Shown here: positions 1-4,982 of the stretch, piece after piece
Layout of the letters: every line of letters begins with the position of its first letter
Position numbering within the stretch: position 1 is the stretch's first letter
From: an uncultured Erysipelotrichaceae bacterium
GTDB lineage: Bacteria > Bacillota_I > Bacilli_A > Erysipelotrichales > Erysipelotrichaceae
Assembly (NCBI GenBank): GCA_964457525.1
Contig: CAYWGS010000079.1
Location: 1-6,784 of the forward strand
Reading direction: 5' to 3'
DNA length: 6,784 bases
Notes under the pieces: generated by a model
The model's database searches: none
The model's input: only the letters and a program-made list of their open reading frames with translations
What the model was told of the DNA's origin: nothing
Program-made: the position numbers and the translations under genes

Positions 1-1
1 T

Positions 2-919
2 TTAAATACTTGATAATGATTTTGCGATTCTTGCAGCGAGTCTTGAGTTATTGAAGACTAATGCTTTATTTGCGACAACTGATTTTCCTTCTGTATCATG
101 ATGTAAAGCAGCTAATAAAAATGGTGTTACTTCTTTTCCCTTTACGCCTTGTTGGATGGACTTATCCAGTGCTTCATTGATCTTAGAACGAATATATGTT
201 GGATCCATTTCATATTCTGTTGGAATTGGATTTGCTATAATGAGGCCTGCCTTGAATCCTAATTCTTCTTTAGTACGAATAATCTTCGCAATATCTTCAG
301 TAGTATCAACACGATAGTCTACTTTTAATCCACTATCACGGGTATAGAAATCAGGGAATGCATCGGTTTGATAACCAACAATGGACACACCTAAGGTTTC
401 TAAGTATTCTTTCGTACGCGGTAAGTCAAGAATGGATTTCGCACCAGCACATACAACATTCACATTTGTGTTCGCAATTTCAACTAAGTCCGCGGATACA
501 TCCATCGTATCTTCACCATGCATGTGAACACCACCGATGCCACCTGTCGCAAATACTTTTATTTTTGCCATATGAGCAAACATCATGGTTGTCGCAACGG
601 TTGTTGCACCACTTAATCCAAGAGCTAATATCGGCGCGACGTCTCTTCTACTGCATTTAGGTATACTTCTATTTTGGGCAAAGAATAGAATATCTTCTTC
701 ACTCATTCCAATCAAAATCTTTCCATCACGAATACCGATTGTTGCGGGGATTGCCCCTTCTTCACGAATAATACTTTCACAGGTTTTAGCACAATCTAAA
801 TTTTCTGGGTAATTAAATCCATGAGAAATTATCGTAGACTCAAGAGCCACAACTGGTTTTCCTTCTAATAATGCTTGTTTTACTTCATCTTTAATCACTA
901 AATATTTTTCTAAGTTCAT
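2..919 (-). CDS. psuG: Pseudouridine-5'-phosphate glycosidase (PsuG/YeiN family), complete
   Basis: 305-aa ORF with ATG at 919-917 and TAA at 4-2. It is collinear with E. coli YeiN as I remember it. Shared motifs: ALESTIISHG (catalytic Glu), GATTVATTM, KVFATGGIGGVH, DVSADL (metal-binding Asp), VVCAGAKSILDL (catalytic Lys), ANPIP, TPFLL, LVFNN. The start overlaps the psuK stop (ATGA at 919-916). Confidence 0.93.
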   Translation of the reverse strand: MNLEKYLVIKDEVKQALLEGKPVVALESTIISHGFNYPENLDCAKTCESIIREEGAIPATIGIRDGKILIGMSEEDILFFAQNRSIPKCSRRDVAPILALGLSGATTVATTMMFAHMAKIKVFATGGIGGVHMHGEDTMDVSADLVEIANTNVNVVCAGAKSILDLPRTKEYLETLGVSIVGYQTDAFPDFYTRDSGLKVDYRVDTTEDIAKIIRTKEELGFKAGLIIANPIPTEYEMDPTYIRSKINEALDKSIQQGVKGKEVTPFLLAALHHDTEGKSVVANKALVFNNSRLAARIAKSLSSI

Positions 920-2010
920 CGTTTCATCCGTTCCTTTACCATTTCTAAACTAATATTTGGATTCACCGTATATGGTGATTCAATCGCAATACTTGCACAC
1001 GTTAGCGCAAATCGAACACAATCTTTTTCTTCGAATTCATTTAACTTCGCAAACACAAGACCTGCCATAAAGGCATCCCCTGCACCTGTCGCATTCTGAA
1101 TATTTGTTGGTACACTTGATACAAACCCCGATTCCACATTCGTTTGATAATACGCACCTTCTGCCCCAAGCGTTATATAAACGCATTTGACCCCTTTACT
1201 TCTTAGTACTTCTGCCGCTTTTCGTACATCATCTCGATTATTAATCTCAATATCACTTAAGAATTCCGCTTCTAATCGATTACATTTCAAGGTATCGAAA
1301 TAGTGGAGTTTGTTCTTAATGCTCTTTGCTTTACCAACAGAAACAGGATCAATAAATATACGTTTGGATGAACCATAGTTTTCACCAATCACATCCATAA
1401 CATCACCAGGCAATACCGCATCCACAACAATTATTTCACTTCCTTTAAGCACATAATCTTTCTTAAGAATATAGTCTACCGGAATCTTATCCAATGCGGC
1501 TGTATCACTTAACGCTAAATCCATATCACCTTCATCATCTAATATGGCAATATAAGTAGTGGTTGTTTCACCATGAACCATATATGCTTCACTAATATCC
1601 ACATTCGACTTAATACACGATTCTTTTATCATCTGTCCAAATGAATCATCGCATAAAGCAGTTAACAAGGACACATGAGCACCTAATCGTGATAAATTTT
1701 CCGAAATATTTCTTGATACTCCTCCTGCAGATACGCGAATTTGACCAGGGTTGGAATCTTTATGGATCAGTGGATTATGACTTCGACCTACGATGTCAAT
1801 CATGGAAGCCCCAATCACAACCAATTTATCCTTACGATTCACTATATAGCCTTTGCCTTCGATGTATCGCTTCTTGAGTAAGTTTGAAACATGTACTGAA
1901 ACAGACGACCGAGTAATATTCAACTTCTTAGCTAACTCATCTTGACTAATTTGTGGATTCTCACAGATTAACTCAAATACTTCTTGTTCCTTCGTTGTTA
2001 GTTCTTTCAT
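916..2010 (-). CDS. psuK: Pseudouridine kinase (PfkB/ribokinase family, PsuK/YeiC-like) fused to an N-terminal winged-helix HTH domain
   Basis: 364-aa ORF with ATG at 2010-2008 and TGA at 918-916. Residues ~62-364 follow E. coli YeiC as I remember it: VVIGASMIDIVG, DSNPG, GGVSRNISENLSRLG, DPVS, LKCNRLEAE, NATGAGDAFMAGL (PfkB signature 2 with the catalytic Asp). SD AGGAG lies at 2018-2014, only 3 nt before the ATG. The gene sits directly upstream of psuG, the canonical partner. Confidence 0.9.
   Translation of the reverse strand: MKELTTKEQEVFELICENPQISQDELAKKLNITRSSVSVHVSNLLKKRYIEGKGYIVNRKDKLVVIGASMIDIVGRSHNPLIHKDSNPGQIRVSAGGVSRNISENLSRLGAHVSLLTALCDDSFGQMIKESCIKSNVDISEAYMVHGETTTTYIAILDDEGDMDLALSDTAALDKIPVDYILKKDYVLKGSEIIVVDAVLPGDVMDVIGENYGSSKRIFIDPVSVGKAKSIKNKLHYFDTLKCNRLEAEFLSDIEINNRDDVRKAAEVLRSKGVKCVYITLGAEGAYYQTNVESGFVSSVPTNIQNATGAGDAFMAGLVFAKLNEFEEKDCVRFALTCASIAIESPYTVNPNISLEMVKERMKR
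1837..2010 (-). other. N-terminal winged-helix-turn-helix DNA-binding domain of the PsuK fusion (aa 1-58)
   Basis: LTTKEQEVFELICENPQISQDELAKKLNITRSSVSVHVSNLLKKRYIEGKGYIV. This fits the MarR/AsnC-type wHTH pattern: helix, then an 'ISQDELAKKLNITRSSVSVHV' helix-turn-helix, then a basic wing 'KKRYIEGKG'. E. coli YeiC has no such domain. Confidence 0.7.
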
Positions 2011-2017
2011 ACTCTCC

Positions 2018-2042
2018 TAAGCATATGCTTATCTAATAAGCA
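2018..2042. promoter_or_regulatory. Candidate operator: three TGCTTA/TAAGCA half-sites forming two overlapping palindromes
   Basis: Plus strand 2018-2042 reads TAAGCATATGCTTATCTAATAAGCA. TAAGCAT|ATGCTTA (2018-2031) is a perfect 14-bp palindrome. TGCTTAT-cta-ATAAGCA (2026-2042) is a perfect 7+3+7 inverted repeat that shares the middle half-site. The array lies between the predicted psuK -10 box and its SD. Confidence 0.45.
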
Positions 2043-2055
2043 CAACCTTACATTT

Positions 2056-2084
2056 ATATTAACAATATTCCCCACTAGAGTCAA
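2056..2084 (-). promoter_or_regulatory. Sigma-A-type promoter for psuK-psuG
   Basis: Minus strand reads TTGACT (2084-2079), a 17-nt spacer ctagtggggaatattgt ending in TGn (extended -10), then TAATAT (2061-2056). The predicted TSS is near 2049, giving a ~39-nt leader that contains the half-site array. Confidence 0.55.
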
Positions 2085-2086
2085 TA

Positions 2087-2095
2087 TGGTATGAT
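2087..2095 (+). promoter_or_regulatory. Possible extended -10 promoter for the fructokinase gene
   Basis: TGgTATGAT at 2087-2095 fits TGnTATAAT with 5/6 in the hexamer. There is only a weak -35 (TTCCCC at 2068-2073). The TSS would fall near 2102, just upstream of SD AAGGTGGA (2105-2112). Motif evidence only. Confidence 0.3.
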
Positions 2096-2120
2096 TGTAA
2101 TAATAAGGTGGAAATATCAT

Positions 2121-2996
2121 ATGAAAATCTGTGGAATTGAAGCAGGTGGCACAAAGTTTGTACTAGGGTTAGGAGATGAAAATGGGAATATTTTTATTCG
2201 AGAGACCATTCCAACAGAATCTCCAGAAATCACAATTAATGCATGTAAATCATTTATCCTAAAACATCAACCCGATTGTATTGGAATCGCATCTTTTGGA
2301 CCGATTGATTTAGACTCTAAAAGTCCGAACTATGGTTCAATCACATCGACACCTAAACCTGGTTGGTCTAATACTCCTTTGGTTTCTGAAATTAAGAAAG
2401 TTTTTAGTGGTCCAATCGGTTTTGATACGGATGTTAATGGAGCTGCTCTAGGTGAATCGATTTGGGGTAAAGGTAAAGATGTATCATCTTGTTTATACTT
2501 AACCATTGGAACTGGTATTGGTGGTGGATATGTTGAAAATAATCAATGTTTACATGGATTACTTCATCCTGAGATGGGACATATTTTATTAAGAAAACAT
2601 CCTGATGATGTGTTTGTTGGTGTTTGTCCATTTCATAAGGATTGTTTCGAAGGGTTAGCGAGTGGACCTGCTTTAGAAGCACGTTATCATAAAAGCGCAA
2701 AAGAGCTTGATGATCAAAAGATTTGGGATATCGAGGCGTATTATATCGCTCAAGCTTGCGTGAATTATATTTTAATCCTATCGCCAAAAATAATTTTATT
2801 AGGTGGTGGAGTTATGCACCAGAAACAATTGTTCCCTTTAATTCGAAAACATGTTAAGGATTTGCTGAATAGTTATATTCAACACACAAATATCCTAATC
2901 GAAAACGATCAGTATATTACTGAACCGGGTCTTGGTGATAATGCAGGACTATTAGGCGCATTCGCATTGGCACTTTTAGCACAGAAAAATGTTTAG
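2121..2996 (+). CDS. scrK: ROK-family fructokinase (ScrK/GmuE/YdhR type)
   Basis: I place the start at ATG 2121, not the ORF-track 2091. SD AAGGTGGA (2105-2112) lies 8 nt upstream, and MKICGIEAGGTKF is the expected N-terminal ATP-binding loop. It resembles Streptococcus mutans ScrK as I remember it: GIEAGGTKFV, SFGPIDLD, YGSITSTPKPGW, TDVNGAALGE, YLTIGTGIGGG, the His/Cys zinc motif HPEMGH...CPFHKDCFEGLASGPALEAR, WDIEAYYIAQA, LGGGVM. Stop TAG at 2994-2996. Confidence 0.88.
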   Translation: MKICGIEAGGTKFVLGLGDENGNIFIRETIPTESPEITINACKSFILKHQPDCIGIASFGPIDLDSKSPNYGSITSTPKPGWSNTPLVSEIKKVFSGPIGFDTDVNGAALGESIWGKGKDVSSCLYLTIGTGIGGGYVENNQCLHGLLHPEMGHILLRKHPDDVFVGVCPFHKDCFEGLASGPALEARYHKSAKELDDQKIWDIEAYYIAQACVNYILILSPKIILLGGGVMHQKQLFPLIRKHVKDLLNSYIQHTNILIENDQYITEPGLGDNAGLLGAFALALLAQKNV

Positions 2997-3039
2997 GTAT
3001 TGTATATATTATCATGTTAGAATTAACTAGAAAGAGTAC

Positions 3040-3699
3040 TTGAAAACGATGATCTATGTAATTGAGTATGAACTAGTCGCATTTATAGCCTTAGTGATCG
3101 TATCACTAAAGTACTTTTACTCGAAATATTTCCCTAGCCAACAAAATCGAATCTTCGGTTATATCTTATTGGTAAGCTTATTAACGCTCTTTTTTGACTT
3201 GTTAACTGCATTTACCCTAAGTTATACCAATTTAATACCTTTATGGTTCAATATCTTTTTGAATTCTTTATATTTTAGTTTTCAAACCATCAATCCAGCT
3301 ATCTTTGTGGTTTATGTATTATCCCTATTAGGCAACTTAAGCTTTTTAAAAACTAAACGGTTAAAACTGATATTTCTACCAGCTCTAATAAATCTATTTC
3401 TTCTTTTCGTAATCAATCCATTCACTGGAATCTTTTTCTATTTCGATCTAAGTAGTAAATATACACATGGATCTTTATTCTTTATTTTACACATCGTTGC
3501 GCTAATCTATTTACTCATCGGTTTCTTCTTTACCATTAAAGAACGATCAAAACTCTCTCCTGTTCAGTTTAGAACGATTGTTGGCTTTGTGTTTGCGATC
3601 TTTATTACGATGTATCTTCAAGCTCGTTTTCCAAGATACTTAATCACAGGTGTAATACTTTCATTCGGATCAATCATTATGTACTTTACCCTACAAAAT
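3040..3699 (+). other. N-terminal polytopic membrane domain (about 7 predicted TM helices, aa 1-220), family not recognised
   Basis: Hydrophobic segments by eye at aa ~10-26, 38-60, 68-97, 110-128, 146-166, 179-195 and 201-218, separated by short K/R-containing loops. NP-containing helices recur (QTINPAIF, VINPFTG, LQNPQH). Confidence 0.6.
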
Positions 3700-4959
3700 C
3701 CACAACACATGAAAGATACATTGACGGGCAGTTTCAATTATAGTGCAATGCTTGAGTACTTGTCTGAGTTGATTAAATCAAAACAAAAGTTCCACCTAAT
3801 AGCGATTAATATTAATGACTTTAGTCGTATCAATCGAATATTTGGATTAAAGAATGGTAATCAAATTCTAATAAATGTATCCGATACACTTACAAACAAC
3901 ACGAATAATGCTTGGATATTTAGAATGAAGGGGACACGTTTTGTGATTATCACACAAAGCAATCGATCGTATCAGAATTCTAAGAGTTTGTTAGAGAATT
4001 TGGTTGATTCGACCTGGCAGATTGATTCCAATCAGATTGTTGTGTCGATGAGCGTTTGTTCGTTGTTCGAGTTAAATAAACATGTTCATACAATTGATGA
4101 TGTTGTTAATATTATCGAAACTTCTTTCATTCAATCCGAAATAAATGGGGTTAAACAGAAATTTATCTCTTCAGATGATGGATTATACAATAAACTTGCT
4201 CGTGTTATGGCGGTTGAGTCTGCGTTACGTCAAGCCCTTGATTCTAATTCTGGCATTGAATTATATTTCCAACCAATCTATTCAATCAAGGATAAGAAAT
4301 TTAAATCTGCTGAGACACTTCTTCGTTTATTCGATCCAATCCTTGGTGCTATTTCTCCATCTGAGTTTGTGCCAATTGCAGAAAAGAATGGATTGGTCTT
4401 ACAAATGGATTTATTGGTTGTAAAGAAGGTATGTCAATTTATATCAAAATACGACATTAAAAAGACATTAGGAATCGATTACCTAAGTGTTAATCTCTCT
4501 GCAGCCGAATTCTTGAATATTCATATGCCTGAGAAGATTACAGAAATCATCAAGGAATATGAAATTGATCCTAGTTTAATTGTTTTTGAGATTACTGAAA
4601 CGGTCGCAACGGTATCGTATGATATTGTAAGTTCATGTATGAAAGAATATCGTACACTCGGCTTTAGATTTGCACTCGATGACTTTGGGACGGGTTATGC
4701 AAATTTATCTCAAGTGGTAAGTTTACCTTTCTCAATTGTTAAAATAGATCGAGAATTACTCAGTGGTTCTAAAATAGTTTTAGAAGATATGTTACGAATG
4801 TTTAGACGTTTAGGTCTTATAAATATTATAGAAGGTGTTGAAACGATTGAACAATCCGATTTTGTACAAGCCATGGATATCGATTATATTCAAGGTTATC
4901 TCTACGCAAATCCATTAAATGAAGAATCATTTGTTGATTTTATTCAAAAACAACCCTAA
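3040..4959 (+). CDS. Integral-membrane c-di-GMP phosphodiesterase: ~7-TM N-terminal domain, degenerate GGDEF domain, EAL domain
   Basis: 639-aa ORF with TAA at 4957-4959. The start is ambiguous: TTG 3040 or ATG 3049, both with poor SD spacing to AAAGAG at 3031-3036. The domains are detailed in the three sub-features below. Confidence 0.88.
   Translation: MKTMIYVIEYELVAFIALVIVSLKYFYSKYFPSQQNRIFGYILLVSLLTLFFDLLTAFTLSYTNLIPLWFNIFLNSLYFSFQTINPAIFVVYVLSLLGNLSFLKTKRLKLIFLPALINLFLLFVINPFTGIFFYFDLSSKYTHGSLFFILHIVALIYLLIGFFFTIKERSKLSPVQFRTIVGFVFAIFITMYLQARFPRYLITGVILSFGSIIMYFTLQNPQHMKDTLTGSFNYSAMLEYLSELIKSKQKFHLIAININDFSRINRIFGLKNGNQILINVSDTLTNNTNNAWIFRMKGTRFVIITQSNRSYQNSKSLLENLVDSTWQIDSNQIVVSMSVCSLFELNKHVHTIDDVVNIIETSFIQSEINGVKQKFISSDDGLYNKLARVMAVESALRQALDSNSGIELYFQPIYSIKDKKFKSAETLLRLFDPILGAISPSEFVPIAEKNGLVLQMDLLVVKKVCQFISKYDIKKTLGIDYLSVNLSAAEFLNIHMPEKITEIIKEYEIDPSLIVFEITETVATVSYDIVSSCMKEYRTLGFRFALDDFGTGYANLSQVVSLPFSIVKIDRELLSGSKIVLEDMLRMFRRLGLINIIEGVETIEQSDFVQAMDIDYIQGYLYANPLNEESFVDFIQKQP
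3712..4164 (+). other. Degenerate GGDEF domain (predicted non-catalytic)
   Basis: The fold markers are present but every catalytic position is changed. DxLTGLxNR is DTLTGSFNY. DIDxFKxIND is NINDFSRINR. GHxxGD is GLKNGN. RxGGDEF is RMKGTRF (KGTRF at nt 3928-3942). There is no RxxD I-site upstream. Confidence 0.75.
4207..4929 (+). other. EAL domain with a complete catalytic residue set (signature reads ETL)
   Basis: YFQPIY...SAETLLRL (ETL at nt 4312-4320), PSEFVPIAE, SVNLS, VFEITET, ALDDFGTGYANLS, VKIDR, IEGVET, IQGYLYANP. Each matches a conserved metal, substrate or general-base position of active EAL phosphodiesterases. Confidence 0.8.
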
Positions 4960-4982
4960 AAAAATAGAGCCTAAGCTCTATT
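4958..4982 (-). terminator. Rho-independent terminator for the minus-strand lipoprotein gene (weakly bidirectional)
   Basis: Perfect 8-bp stem AATAGAGC (4963-4970) / GCTCTATT (4975-4982) with loop CTAA. On the minus-strand RNA the stem runs into a 7-U stretch (complement of the A-run at 4958-4964). On the plus-strand RNA only UUCUU follows. The stem is short and AT-rich. Confidence 0.55.

Noticed and set aside
358-812. Plus-strand ORFs 358-660 (100 aa) and 585-812 (75 aa) antisense to psuG
   Set aside because: They lie entirely within a confidently identified gene on the opposite strand. The translations are low-complexity and rich in H, S, L and Q, with no motifs and no SD. These are typical shadow ORFs.
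1446-1451. Fourth copy of the TAAGCA half-site inside psuK
   Set aside because: It is an isolated hexamer with no inverted partner nearby. About three occurrences are expected by chance in a window of this size.
1641-1877. Plus-strand ORF (78 aa) antisense to psuK
   Set aside because: It is embedded in the PfkB kinase coding region, has no recognisable motifs or ribosome-binding site, and looks like a shadow ORF.
2096-2104. Second extended -10-like motif TGtAATAAT upstream of the fructokinase gene
   Set aside because: A transcript from it would start inside or after the SD (2105-2112) and leave no functional leader. TGgTATGAT at 2087-2095 is better placed.
2091-2120. ORF-track N-terminal extension of the fructokinase (MIVIIRWKYH)
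   Set aside because: The extension would translate through the gene's own SD (AAGGTGGA at 2105-2112). The ATG at 2121 has ideal 8-nt spacing, and homologous ROK fructokinases begin right at the GxEAGGTKF loop.
2011-2120. Possible riboswitch or small RNA in the divergent intergenic region
   Set aside because: After placing the two promoters and SDs, only ~39 nt and ~19 nt of leader remain. That is too short for any riboswitch aptamer class I know, and there is no conserved-looking multi-stem architecture.
2434-2787. Minus-strand ORF (117 aa) antisense to the fructokinase gene
   Set aside because: Its H/Q/Y-rich composition is typical of the reverse frame of an AT-rich gene. It has no start context and fully overlaps a well-supported CDS.
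3040-3054. cre-like (CcpA) element TTGAAAACGATGATC at the start of the PDE gene
   Set aside because: The left half fits WTGNAANCG, but the right half is out of register with the consensus (the C at position 14 is displaced by one) and the site is not palindromic. I treat it as a chance partial match. A PWM scan could revisit this.
3928-3942. Calling the protein a bifunctional diguanylate cyclase/phosphodiesterase
   Set aside because: The GGDEF signature is KGTRF and the upstream metal- and substrate-binding Asp residues are Asn. Cyclase activity is not credible from the sequence.
4145-4423. Plus-strand out-of-frame ORF (92 aa) inside the GGDEF-EAL gene
   Set aside because: It is an alternative frame of a region whose main frame carries clear EAL motifs. 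It has no SD, and its sequence is leucine- and serine-rich filler.
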